The position numbers and the translations under genes were made by a program. The notes below the pieces were generated by a model, which ran no database searches, had not been told where the DNA came from, and worked only from the letters and a program-made list of their open reading frames with translations. This document shows positions 17,555 to 32,828 of a stretch of 64,000 nucleotides of DNA, in pieces. Origin of the DNA: the human T2T-CHM13v2.0 reference genome, Homo sapiens; NCBI RefSeq assembly GCF_009914755.1, contig NC_060942.1. One strand, given 5' to 3'. Numbering within the stretch: position 1 is the first letter of the stretch; each line of letters begins with the position of its first letter.

Positions 17555-17985
17555 CACTATAGTGCTATCTAGCAGAAATATAACAAGCCACATGTGCAAT
17601 TACATATTTTCTAGTAGCCACATTTAAAGAGAAGAGGTAAAATTTAAATAACATATTTTATTTAAACCAATACATCTAAATTCAATTAAACATCACTAAT
17701 GATGTATTATATAAATATATATAAAGTATATATAAAAAAATATATATAAAAGTATATATATAAATATATATAAAAGTAGATATATATAAAATATATAAAA
17801 AAGTAGATATATATAAAAATATATATAAAAGTAGATATATATATATATACTTTTGCATTAAGTCTTTCAAATCTGGTGTATGTTTTACACTTAGGGATCA
17901 TCTCAGTTCAGACTAGCCACATTTCAAATGCTCAACAGCTCCATGTGGCTACTGGCTGTCATACTGGACAGTTGGTGCAGGTCTA
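17555..17985. mobile_element. MER3/MER33-like hAT-Charlie element split by a TA-rich tract
   Basis: ttttctagtagccacatttaaa ... gactagccacatttcaaatgctcaacagc...tggctactggct...actggacag. Confidence 0.75.
17705..17850. repeat. TA-rich low-complexity tandem repeat
   Basis: Imperfect units such as aaaagtagatatatata, ending in (TA)n. Confidence 0.9.
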
Positions 17986-18756
17986 GAATATCTCTGCATT
18001 CCCTTAAAACTGTGATTGCAGGTACTGTTCAAGTCGTTAAATAAAGATTACATGATACAATCCTCTTAGGGAAAAAGATGTATTTCCTGAAAAAGAAGAA
18101 TGTTTCTTCTGATGAAATAAGAAGAGCTTTGTAATTCCTATTTTCCTTTTTGCCTTGTTTGCCATGATTGCTGATATTTTGGCCTAAATAACAGAGTCTT
18201 GGTTTCTTAATATAACCACCTTTATCCCCTTGTCTCCCAACTTGGGTTCTTGTTTTTTAATTATTTTTCTATTGCGTCTGTGATCTTGTACTATCAGTAG
18301 CCTCAAACATATTTTGGCATACAGAACAAATGAATAATCACTTTTGGTATGGTCATAGGGTCCATATTAAGCTGCATAGTCATCTGTGTTTTGTCATCCT
18401 ATTGGACAGGAAGACTTCAGAATCACATATACATGGGAGCATGTATAAGAAATTCTACTGAGAATGATTAACACACACAGATAAGAGAACAAGGAAAAAA
18501 ACTAACAGCTAAATATGGCCAAATGCTACAACTGTTAACATTTATGCACATAGTATATCAGATTAATAGATTCCTTTCATTCGTTCTTTCAATTGTTTAG
18601 TGAATACCCAATTGTCAGTTAATTTCTCTCTTCTCTTTTCCATAGTGTTTTCAGATCATCCTGGAAGATTTTAATTTACATATTTGTGTACACATATTAT
18701 ATTTTAAACTTTCTCTTGTGATGTTAAATTATTGAAAACCAAATACTACCTTACAT

Positions 18757-19045
18757 TTCTTTATTTTTGAGACAAGGTCTGGCTCTATTGCCCAGGCTGG
18801 AGTGCAGTGGTACCTTCTTGGCTCACTGGCTCCCCAGACTCAAGCCATCCTCTTACCTCAGCCTCCCAAGTAGCTGGGACTACAGGTGCATGCCACCACA
18901 CCCAGCTAATTGTTGTATTTTTTTGTAGAGATGAGGTTTTGCCATGTTGCTCAGGATAGTCTCAAACTTGTGAGCCTAAGCAATCTGCCCACCTCAGCCT
19001 CCCAAAGTGTGCTGGGATTACAGGTGTGAGCCACCGTATGCAGCC
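18757..19045 (-). mobile_element. AluJ
   Basis: Diverged reverse dimer. Confidence 0.88.
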
Positions 19046-19164
19046 CTACTTTGCATTTCTTGCGCCCCACAAATGTCTTTAAAATAGAAATAGCTAAAAC
19101 CTATAAAATATTTTCTTAATGTAATGTTTAAACACTAGGTCACAATACACATGCAACTTCCTAT

Positions 19165-19350
19165 TGCAGGAGTTGGCAAACTTGTTCTGTAAATATTTTA
19201 GGTTTCATGAGCTAAACAGTCTCTATTCACATCTACTCAACTCTGGCCATGTAGGGCAACAAAATCAGCCATAGACAACACACAAGTGAATAAGAGCAGC
19301 TGTGCTCCAGAAAACTTTATTTACGAAAACAGGCCACAGTGTGCTGACTT
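19165..19350. mobile_element. MER58A-like DNA transposon
   Basis: caggagttggcaaacttgttctgtaaa ... aaaactttatttacgaaaacaggc. Confidence 0.75.
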
Positions 19351-19420
19351 CTGTCCTGCTGGAAGGAGTGGAAAGTATAGGTCAGGGCAGTGGCAAGACA
19401 AGACATTAGAAGTGAGAATG

Positions 19421-19728
<308 letters not shown>

Positions 19729-21889
19729 AGTGACTCGTCCTTTTATTGCATACCACTGAACAGTCATACCAGAGTCTCTTGTAAGGTACCTGAAATCACA
19801 TTCTAAGTTGCTCATGTTTGTCTTTGAATGGCAGTTTTGCCTTCAAACAGGAGTCTAATATCAACAAGTAAAAGCTGTAGAAGTGGACTTATATTAAAAG
19901 AATAATGTAAATAACCAGCAAACATGAAGGCCTACATTTTCTCACTGTGTTTTGCAAGATAAAATTTCTATGAACTTTTATTTCGCTGTTGCTTTTTTTT
20001 TTTTTTTTTAAAGAATGTAACATTCTCAGATTAGCCAACGTTAAGTACTCTGGGAAAAATGCTGAGTATTACTACCTCCTCTGTGATTGCTGTGTCCTGG
20101 AAATCGGAACTTGTTGGAGTCAAATCTTGGAGACAATCTAAAGAGTTAAGAGCCAGTTTCCTGCCAAAAGTGAAATCAATTTACATGACACATATTCCCA
20201 CAATCCCCACATGGAGGAACTAATTTTTTAAGACCATTTCACGAATAACAGAGTCTTTGTGCCACCAAATAAAAACATTTGGAGATTGTTGAAACATCTG
20301 TTCTGAGATGTTACTGTCAAACTCTGTTCTTGAAAGGGAGGAAGCTGCATTGTCTTTCAGGAGCTTTGATGATTTCATAAAATGTCTCCATTGTAAGAGC
20401 TGTTCCATCTGCAGGCCCCTGAAAGTTCCAGGAACAAATTCAACACCAATGACATGCTCGCTGATTATGGTTTAAATAAATTTATGGTAATATTTAAAAA
20501 GCAAAGATGGAAGCTATATTTCATGATGTATTTCTAAAACTGTATTTCATAACTGACATTATGAAATAACCGTCATCTAGAAAATATCCATTTTGTGTGT
20601 GCCCCTCAAGATAGCCACAGTGAGTTATTTCAGAATGGATAACACATCAGCTAAGATGCTCCAAATCCTTCCTTCATCTAAGTTTCGATCATCTGTATGG
20701 GGCTGAAGGGACTAAACTTCACTCTCCTTTACTTACAGGGAAAGGTCACTTGTCAGAAATGAAAAGTGGAAACAAATTTTGCTAATTAAGAAGACAGCAA
20801 CAATGCCGAGATATGAAGAAATAAAAGGCAGACTTAGAGGTGGTCAAATTCAGGTCTGTCCAGTTTGCTTCTGGTTGGGAAGTTAGGGTTAGTGCCACCG
20901 ATGAAGATGCAGCTCCGCATGATGTGTGCCTCACTGTTCGCCATCACCAGTGGCAGTCAGCATGACCTGCGGTGGGCCCTCTTTTGCAGCTGTAGTTTTA
21001 CTGTCTGCCATCCCTTCAGCATGGCAGTCTACTTTGTGTATCAAATAAAAAGAAATGGAATGACAGCTGAGGCCCACAGTGTCCATCTGTGGACCCACAA
21101 CTCAAGTGAGCAACATTCTGTTGTCATCTCCTCCATGACTGGGAGCAGAAAAATGTTGCTGAAACCAGCCCAAAATGTTAAAGTAGAAAAGAAAGCAAGA
21201 GCAACAGAAATGGGACCAGAACACCAAAGAAACCTAAAAATGGCTAATGTGAGGAAAAAGATTAAGGAAAAGGAAGCCTAGAATGTTGAAAATGCCATGA
21301 AGGGGAGGGTCCAGGTCTGTGATTCAGTGTGGTACCTCCAGCATCATACCACACATGGCATAAAGCAGGTGCTTACTAAATAGTGAATGAATGAACTTTT
21401 CTTCTCTTACCTTTTTCAGAGACAGGCCACAGACAAACTTAGATGGTTCCAAGTCAACTGTACAAATGAAATGCATTAAAAATGGCTCAAATAACTGGCC
21501 CTTCAAACCACTGGCCCATATCCAAATGTGAAGAGATCAGCAATTCTCAAGTGACAGAAACAAGTAGCCAGTTGCCATTTTTCAATAAGTAAATAAACCT
21601 GGGTAGGAATGTGGACTTACAAAACAATACCAAAGTTCAAACACACTCTTGTATTTTAATCTTATGTATGCATGTAAGCTAGAGTTTCTGTGGGATGAAA
21701 ATGTAAAAGTAGGATTGCCCCATAAAAGATATGCAGCACTTCATTTTGTATGGCACCAACCAATATATATTGCCTTTTTAACCTTTGTATAAATGTTCAC
21801 CTCCACTAAGTGTATGAAACCTCATTTAACTAAATCCTTCATCAACAGTGAATGCTACCTCACTTGTTTCCCTGAGTAAGGTGGAAGAC

Positions 21890-22620
21890 TTTTAAAGACT
21901 GCCTAACGTATGTACATGCCAAAAAATCCAAATAGTACTACTAGAGGGTGTAGGGTGAAAAAGTAAGTCTCCCTCCCAATCTTACCCTCAGATCTTCTTG
22001 CTGAAGCAGCTGCTATATAGTCTCTTGTACATCTGTCCAGAGGCAGTATCTGATATAGTATACACACATAATGCTACGCTTTTCAAAACAAATGGTTGCA
22101 TTCTGTACAGTTATTCCATCACTGCATAAAAATCTGTCTCATTCTTTAAAAGAACTGCACATTATTTCATCCCATGCATATACCATAACTAATTTAACCA
22201 GTCTGCTATTGATAGACACCCACATTTATTCCAATCTTTTGCAGCCCCAGTGATGTTGAAGTTAAATATGCTTGTCCTGAAGGCTTTGAGTACTTAGTCC
22301 AAGTACATTGGTGGGAAAATGCCTAAATGAGGAATTGCTGAGCCAAAGGGTAAATGCATTTTTATTCTTGATACATATTGTCAAACTAAGAGGTCTGTGT
22401 CCACTTACATTCTTACAACGATGCGTTTCCTCATGCTTTTCCTAATAGTTCATTACCAAACTGAAAAATTATCATTGCCAGTCCAACAGGTGAAAAATAG
22501 CATTCCATTGGGATTGTAATTGTGTTCTTCTTATTATAAAGGACATAATTATTTTTATAAGTAATCTATGTTTCATATTATGTGGCTTTTCTGTTCATTT
22601 TCTTATTCCCAATCTTTGAA
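21890..22620 (-). mobile_element. Old L1 (L1ME-like) fragment
   Basis: gaattgctgagccaaagggtaaatgcattttt, cacttacattcttacaac, ggtgaaaaatagcattccattg. Confidence 0.7.
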
Positions 22621-23269
22621 ATTTCTGCTGATCTTAATCATAGTCTTAATGATAAAAACAAAAACTTGAAATTCTACAACATGGCATTCCCTATTTTAAA
22701 ATCTGATTCCCTACATTACTTGAAGTTAGTTCCTAAAATTACTATTTTTTCATGGCGGAGGAAGTGGAAGTGGAGTTGGGGGAAAGGAGGGGTAAGGAAC
22801 AAGTCTCAATACAAAGTCTCAAAACATACAACCACAGAGAATTGGAATTAAAACCAAAGAAAAGAAGGCATCAATCAAAAATAATGAACTGCACCATAGA
22901 TAATCTGTGGTTATTTCTATTTATTTCTCCATCTGAGATTTTATAAAGCAAGTGGTCAGACCATTACTTCCAATTCTGAAACTCCATTCTTGAACTTAAC
23001 TAGGCCCAGAATTCAAAACTCAACCATTCTGGGATCTATGTTCTAAGCAGCCAAACCATTTCACACCATGCAAACTGGTTTCCCTGTTTTTTGAAAATGG
23101 GAAGACTGCATTTTTCATTGTATCTCACTGGTTAATTGCTTCTTCAGAATTACCAGAAGTTTTCTGGGACAAATTTATCATAAACATGATGGAACCTAGA
23201 AAGGTCTTAGATTGAACATGGTTGCTAATACATTATGAAATCTCGGCACTTCTTTCCTTGAAATCTCTT

Positions 23270-25030
23270 AGTCCAGAGCACTCACTGCTACTATTCTGGT
23301 TTTGATTCTCATCACTTTGTAATGGTATTACTGCTTCAGATTTTAAGCCCGTTTCCATCTCTGCCCTTCCATTATCACATTATTCACCTTAAAATACAAC
23401 CTAAAACAAATCCATCTCACTCAAGAACCTAAGTGTTCCATAAACACTTGTAGAATAAATGAATAAATAAACATATAATAGCTCTTTAATCTCTAACCAC
23501 CAAGCCCAGACTCCTCTGCCTCGGCTTTTATTTAAGTCCCTCCATGATCTGCTCCACTTAGCTTATGCAAACATTTCCCCACCATCTGTGCAACCAGTAC
23601 TCACTCTTTCTCCTTTGCCTTTGCTCATGCTCTTTTCTCAGTCTGTGCAAAAATATCGACCCTTTTAATGACATTCTGAGTTCTGTGCATGGCCGTCTTC
23701 CTCTCATTCCGCTTCTTTCCTCACTCTCTTAGCCCTCCTGGGGGAACTCCTCTATCATCCTGGCTCCAAGGACCACCTATGTAAGTTGACAATACATCAA
23801 CCTTTCTCTCTAGCAGGATCTCTCCTAAATTCCACATCAGCCTATCCAATGGCTTCTCCAATGGCTCTCCCACAAAAATCTCAATATCAAAATATGCAAA
23901 ACTAAAATCATCTTTTTACTTCCTGAATCAAGCGACCATAAAAGTCAGAAAGGATGGTCATCCTTGACACTTTCTTTTCCCTAATCTCTCACATTCAATT
24001 ACTGTCAACTTCAACTCCATTCTTTTTCTTACATTGATCAAATCCTTTCTGTCTCCACTGCTACCACATATTCCCAACCACAGCATCTCTCACTTTGGCC
24101 AGTTTTCCTAGTTGATTGTCTTGCCTCTAGATTTCCACCCCAGGAAACCATCCCTACACCATTGCTTAAAATTCAAATCTAACCATATTTCAATTTAGGA
24201 TAATGTGCACATGATTTAAGTACAATGGAACTATTGGTCATGAAGTGGGTAGGCTATAGGGGAACCACAGTGATAACCTGGGGATAGTATCAGAGATGTC
24301 ACCACCACTGGCCTCAAGGGACAAGAGAGGGACTAGCTATGGAAACAAAGATTTCTATAATTACCCTGGCTTTGAGAAAAGGAGAAGCAGCTGGCTCTAG
24401 TGATTTTTTTAAGGGAGGAAGCCAACAGAGAAAAAAGACCTTGACCTCGCTCTGTTCCTGCCCATCTCTGGCTGAGGCTATTTAGCCACTGGCTGAAACT
24501 AAAAGGCATGACAGTCTGCTGATTTAACCCTACAGGTTAGCTTCTGGGGTGGAGCAGGGTAGAGGTGGTACAGAATAGATTTGCAGGAGGGGTGGCACAT
24601 AGGAGATGTGTATACAGGCCTCCAAGATCTGGCTCTCACTTTCTTCTCATCACGCTAAAATCCATCTAGATCCATCCACAGCGGACTATAGAATGCACCA
24701 TCTGGAATACCTTTCCTCTATTCCCAGATTTCACCAATCTATTTATTTTCCAAAATCAATTCACTTATTACCTAAACTATAAAGATTGGGGTCAGTTACA
24801 ACACCTGAAAGAATCTTATCTTTTGAATGACTGCATTATCTACAGATTTTTATCAAAGCATGTATAGTATTTTATTGTCCTTATTTGTTTTCTTGTCTTC
24901 GTGAACTAACCAGTAAACTTTCTAAAGAAAGCAGATGTGTCAATCACCTTTTTATTCCCAGTACTCAATACTGGGCAAGACACACAGAAGGTGCCTAATA
25001 AATGATGGCTGAATGAAGGAACTTAAGAGC
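23270..25030 (+). mobile_element. Degenerate L2 fragments with an embedded ERVL-type LTR (~24200-24610)
   Basis: gtcatccttgacactttctttt, ggtgcctaataaatgatggctgaatgaa; the LTR assignment is tentative. Confidence 0.55.
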
Positions 25031-25734
25031 CAGCTCAAGTCCAACATAATCTGTGAAGTGTTCCTTGACAACTTCAGCTCAAACGATTTTCATTTATGTT
25101 GATTACCAGAGTCTATTCACCGATTCTCTACTTATTTTACTTCCTTTTGTGCTGTTTTCTTAATTAGACCGCAGTGCCGTAACAGCTGGAATCATGTCTT
25201 CTGCTTCTCTGATAGCTGAGTTTGAGTCCAAACTAGAAACTGAATAAATGCTTTCTTTGAAGAGTAGGTGTTTAGAGCAGGAGAAATATATATTTTTGGG
25301 AGTCTCAAACTCAAATACTTATGAGACCACAAAGTCTTGCAAATTGGTAACATTGATAAAAGTAGAAATGATGACCTCATAGCTCCAGCACCTGCTGGTT
25401 CCCAGAGGCAGGAAATTTTTATGTAAATGTGTTCAACTTTTAATGGTTTTTAATAGTTGGCTCAAATAAAAAATGTCACCCAGCCCCAAAACTGCTCTGC
25501 ATTTCTTAAAGAGAGTCGGGCATAGGTGTGGATTGAGCAAGGGCTTACAACATCACTGATCTAGCTGATGCTGTTGTATTTGTGAATGGGTTAATGTTGG
25601 TCAAGAAATGTGTGGGAAGTCTAGGGTCCAGGAACTCTTCATTCTACCTTCATTTGAAGCCACGGTCCTGAAGTGGAAGGCTACTCTTTACAGCTTTTAG
25701 CATAAGCATTATGAGAAAGCTCATTTAAGACCTA

Positions 25735-26025
<291 letters not shown>

Positions 26026-27069
26026 CAATCAAGGTTCCAATATGTAAAAAGCAATTTTACTTGAGGAAGAACCTTTTGGAGAAATATAAAATGATTCATT
26101 TTTTAATCTACATAAAAAATTAAGAGCAGCAAAAATTAAACTTTAATTTTTACTCACAGAATTTTCAGTTATTTAGTATGAAAAGAGAAGGGGAAAACAA
26201 AGGTGAATAGAAAATATAAAGGAAAGAGAAAAATGGGGAGAGAGGGAGATAGGGAAATAGATACAAAAAGAAAATGAGACATAGAAATCGACCTATGAAA
26301 ATGACAGTTACACAAATAAACATGATTTCAACCCAGACAAAGGAAAGGAAGACCACGCCAACACAGATGGACAAAAGATTGACATATGCAACACAAACAG
26401 ACCCTAAAGCTACGCTGCCACCGTACAACTACAGGCAAAAGTGAAGGCAAGCTGTGTAGAATCAAAGCTGAGGTGTCTAGGAATTTTCAGTACTATGGTG
26501 CTTATGCTTCTCTTCTACGCCTTATGGAAGTATTTAGAAAGGAAAAAGAAAGCCAAACTGCGTACACAGAGTGTGAGGAGGGTGAAGAAAACACTCAAGG
26601 ATTTTAACATTCCACCATTATTTCTCAATTGAAACATGACCCTGTTCTTGGCTTATTTGCTCCCTTTTCCACAGCCTAACAGTAAACTCCCACACACCAG
26701 TGGGACCACAGAGGAGAGACAATAATACAAGCAGCTGCTTGAGCTGTGGTTTTCATTAGGAAAAAAAGTGCCTTGATTATGAGAGATTTAGTTTTTAACC
26801 TGTGTGCCAAAACCGAAGTGATTAAAACTCCATGTACAGAAACACGAATGGTTTCTTAAAAGTGGAGTATAGAGCACACACAGTATTATCAAAAGAGGAT
26901 AGGAGGACAGTCCAAATTCTAACACCCACGCCAGCTTGCGCATTGACTTGGATATGGGAAAGTTAGCAAAGACACAAAGTAAAATAAAAACATACTCTAT
27001 AGGTTCTGCATTGCATTTTGTCAAGGTTAGAGACACATTTTCACCAAAAATTTAAGCTACAAACGGCAA

Positions 27070-27860
<791 letters not shown>

Positions 27861-30044
27861 AGGAAGGCAACTCCTTAAAGTCCCCCATTTGATTCAAGAC
27901 TGAGGTAGGACAGTCTCAGTAAGGCACGTTTTGTTCTCATGGCTCAGCACAGGACTGTTAATTTTGGATTCAACATAATACTCACTGATGATCGTTTTGC
28001 TCCCAAATCTTTGCACAACAGGTAGTGTATTAACTTCCAGAGTTTGAATCCTGGCTTTCCCTCGTATCATGCAACTTTGGTTGCATCATATCCTTCTACA
28101 TCTCCATTTGCTTTCCAGTTCTATAATCCAGGACAGTAATACTGACACTGGACTTACGAGGATGACTAAACATATATGAAGGGCTTAACACAGTAAGTGG
28201 CACATGACAAGGACTCAATGAGCATGTATGTCAGAGAGAAGTTTAAGTTTAGGATGAAGATACACTTGTCATGAATGAAAAGGAATGTAATCATGCTATT
28301 ATTCTGATTTACTTACTGAATAGGAGAAACGTATTAGCTCCTTCTTACAGTAACCCTGGAAAAACTGCTCCAGAATATGAGACATCAAAAAGTATTCTAA
28401 ATTTGACATACATAAAAAGATGGCACAATCAGTAGTTTGGTAGATAGGAAGAAGAGAGGAAAGAGCTATGCAGAAGGTATTCAGGGTGGCTCACTGCCAC
28501 CGGGTTGGAGACTTCGGTTATGGGAAAGATAGAGACTGGGAAATAACAAGTGTGATCTTTTCCATGACAAGCTACCTACTAAACTCTCTGCTCAATCCAA
28601 GAGCAAATGCAATTAAAATGGCTCATGCTTAAAATATAATTCCTGTAATAAATTTGTGACCATAATGACAGTGGCCTAGAGTCCTATGCTTGTTAGGAAT
28701 CAGTCAAAACTGCAGTAAAAATGGAAAGGCTAGTAAAACGCAAAGGCCCTACATTGTAGAGAGCCCCCCACTCTTGCTAAGTCTTTTTCTTTTAATTAAA
28801 AAATGGAGAAGAGAAGCAAATAGCCATGTTGCTGCTCTGCTGACCTGCAGCTCCATTTTTGCTAAAGTGCTTAATGAATGAGTATGCTTTCAAACAGGCA
28901 ATACATACCTTTGTCCTACTCCCAAACCAGCAAATGGTTTTTCCCTTCCACCCCCTCACAAGAGACCGACACTGTCTTCTTTTGTTTTCTTTAGTCTTTG
29001 CTGACAAAATGCCCCTGCTCTTGCTCCCATCTCCCAATACTTCATTTTCATCCAAATGCCTCCGCTTTTATTCAGTACAGATCCAGCTTATTGAGCATTC
29101 TCTAGTGCCTTTCAGGTTTTGACCCTCTTCCATGTTAAACAGGCTGCGGTGCAAGGGTAGGATGGTTGCTCAGTAAAATATTCCATCCAACAGGGGCAGT
29201 TATGTAAACAGGGCTGCTTTCTGGCAGGAATGTCTGATGGGATAAACAAGGCTGGAGAGAAAAAGTACTTTTAGAGAGGAGTGACTTTGTCAGGGAACAG
29301 AGATACATTCCAAATTAAAAAACACTCTTCTTTCTAATGTAAGACCAGGCTTTTTAAAAACAGGAATCACTGGGAGAAATGTAAAAAGAACTGTAATAAC
29401 TGAGTCAGCAATTATGATTTCTGATATTGTACAAAGGGGATCAACTTTTTCATTTTGTGGCTGTAAATTTTTATTTCTTGAAAAAGAAAAAACAAAAACA
29501 TCTTAAGTGCCAGAGATATTGGAAGGCTACTTTCAGAATTTATTAATATTTAAGAACCTATACAGATGCTGAATGGGAATTATGGCTAATATTTTATAAC
29601 AAATAAGAAACATAGTCATCAGATAATTAGTAGATGGATTCACTAATGTACTCATGTTGATGTTTACTGTTGAAAGAGAGACAGCATTATCTTCATTAAT
29701 ATCTAGTACATGGGACAAGTGATGAAGTATTTAGCCTTGCAAACAAAAGACTATACACAGAAAATTCATTATACTAAGGTGATAATAGCTCATGATGAAG
29801 AAAGCGGGGATGATGAAAGCAAATAGAGATTGCAATACCTAAAACCAGCAAATATGCATAACAAGAAAAGAATGACTAGAAAGTGAAGGATTAGGATTAT
29901 GTTTACAATTTTATTGTAAAACCTAGAGTGTGACTGGATATTAAATACATGAAGTTGGGTTCTTGGCATGAAATGCACAACGTGGTGTTCAAATATTTTT
30001 AAAAACAACCTCATTTAGTGAGACATCACTTAGTGAGACTAATA

Positions 30045-30250
30045 TGAGGCAATGTGAGTAGTGGACAAGAGCCCAGCTTTGGAGTGGACAGACAAGTTTG
30101 AATCTCAGCTTTGGCCTTGACCTTGAGAGGAGGACATTTCGGGGCTTCAGTTTCCTCACATATAAAATGGGGATGTTGATACCTACTTCATGGGACTGTT
30201 ACAGGGATTAAATGAGGCCATATAGGTACAATGCTCAACAAAGGGCAAGA
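30045..30250 (+). mobile_element. MIR SINE
   Basis: cttcagtttcctcacatataaaatgggg...ggattaaatgag. Confidence 0.8.
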
Positions 30251-31387
30251 TGCCTCTGATTCACAGTAATATGATTAATAATATGAATATTATTTTTTAT
30301 TATCAAGATTCCATAAGAGAATTAAATATACAGGCCAAATTAATTTTTCCTCCCCATTTAAACTATTAGTCAAAATATTAAAATTTCAAAGATATTTATT
30401 TATCAATGTATTACTCTGTTCAAAGCAGTGTATGAAGTGCTAAGGATATTTCAAAGCACTCAGAAATACACTTCGAAATCTCTGTGTTTCCTTGTCTTTC
30501 ATTTACATACAGATTTGAATTTTTTCCAATGTCTATTCAATTTTTAAGATGAGTGATTTAGGATGGCATATTTATTTTGAATATCCCACAAATAATTATT
30601 AAATACAAAATGATTAGAGAGTTGATAAACTCAATTACTGCAGGAGATAGTGGGATAGGACCTAAATTTATGCTGGCTGGTGTGGTTGATAATCTGTAGA
30701 TAGAACAGAGTAAATAAGTAATAGCTTCTTTCAGCAGTTACACTGTATTTCACCTAAAGTCTAGCTGAAACTTTCCAAGGCCAGGATAAGAGCATTCTGA
30801 CATTATTTTCATGAGTGCTATTCCTGCTAGTCATCAGGAGGCAGCTTCTTCCTCTAGCCTTCTGAGTCATTTTAATCTAAGCATTTTGTGGAATAAATGA
30901 CGTTAGAGAGGGTTAGGTAAATGCAAAACATTTTTATATAATATGATAAAGATATCACCACAAGCCAACTGGAAAAGATCACTTAGTCTCTGGTGCTGGT
31001 AAAACTGGCTCATTATATGGAGAAAAACAAAAATGAATTCCTACCTGATACCACTTAGGGGCAGGGAAGGACTTCAGAAGCAGAAAGTATAAGCAAAACA
31101 TTGATTACTTTAAGATTAAGGATTTTCTGTTCAATTAAGGATACTATGGGAAAAGTTGACAGGTGACAGAATAGAAGATATTTGCAAAGCCTAAAACGGA
31201 AAAGAGACTGATGATAAAATTATTCAGTGAAATCCTGAAAATTAAGAAAGACACCACCACCAATACAATGACGGGCAAAGAACATGATGAACAGGCAATT
31301 TACTAAGGAGGTATCCCTGAAGACTAGCAAGCATGTGAAAAGAAGCTCAACCAGCCAAATAAATGCAAATTAAAAGCTATTACTTCT

Positions 31388-31690
31388 GCCCGGCATGGTG
31401 GCTCACATCTGTAATCCCAACACTTTGGGAGGCCTAGGTGGGAGGACCACTTGAGGCCAGGAATGCTAGACCAGCTTGGGCAACACAGTGAGACCCCACC
31501 TCAACAGCAACAACATCAACCAAATCAGTCAAGTGTAGTGGCAAGTGTCTATAGTCCTACCTACTGAGGAGGCTAAGGTGGGAAGGTCACTCGAGCCCAG
31601 GAGTTTGAGGCTGCAGTGAGCTATGATTGTGCCACTGCACTGTAGCTTGGGCAACGGAGCAAGAACCTGTCTTGGAGAAAAAAAAAAAAG
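31388..31690 (+). mobile_element. AluJ
   Basis: Diverged dimer with gagtttgaggctgcagtgagctatgatt. Confidence 0.88.
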
Positions 31691-31722
31691 GTATTGCTTC
31701 ACACCTATTAAGATTGAAAAAC

Positions 31723-32022
<300 letters not shown>

Positions 32023-32309
32023 AGATTGAAAAGCTAAAAAAAAATAAGTTCCTGATGTAGGTAAGAAATTTCATTGGACTATGGTGGGAGTGGGGCTGGG
32101 GCAGCCATTGTGGAGAGTGATCGGGCACCATTTAGTCAAATTAACTCTTCATATTACTAACACCCAGCAATTCTACCCCTGTGTATAAGTTCCAAAGAAA
32201 TTTCACACAAGAGTGTCGGGGGAATGCATGAGGACATTTGTGGCAGCATCATTTTTGCTGCTCACCCTTTGGAGATCATATAAACACACAACAACAAAAA
32301 TAGATTTTT

Positions 32310-32828
32310 GACAAAAAGAAAATAAATTGTTCTACCAAAAAGATGCCTGCACTCATATGTTCATCACAGCACTACTCACAATAGCAAAGATATGGAATCA
32401 ACATAAGGGCCCATCGATGATGGACTGTATAAAGAAAATGTGGTACATATATACCACAGAATACTACACAGCCATAAACGAGAACAAATCATGTCTTTTG
32501 CAGCAACAAGGATACAGCAAGAGGCTATTATCCTAAGTGAATTAATGCAGGTACAGAAAACCAAATGCTGTATGTTCTCACTTACAAGTGGGAGCTAAAC
32601 ATTGGATACTCATGGACATCAAGATGGCAGCAATCGACACTGGGGACTACTAGTTGTGGGGGGAGGGAAGGAGGCAAGGGTTGAAAAACTATTGGGTACT
32701 AGGCTCACTTACATGGGTGACAGGATCATTTGTATCACAAACGTCAGCATCATGCAATGTACTCATATAACAAACCTGCACATGTATCCCCTGAATCTAA
32801 AATAAAAATTGAAATGATTAAAAAAAGA
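32310..32828 (+). mobile_element. L1PB/late L1PA 3' end
   Basis: atgttctcacttacaagtgggagctaaac...aacctgcacatgtatcccctgaatctaaaataaaa; TSD-like aatagattt. Confidence 0.88.

Noticed and set aside
20865-21281. 138-aa plus-strand ORF
   Set aside because: No homology recognised, antisense to the host gene, no exon structure
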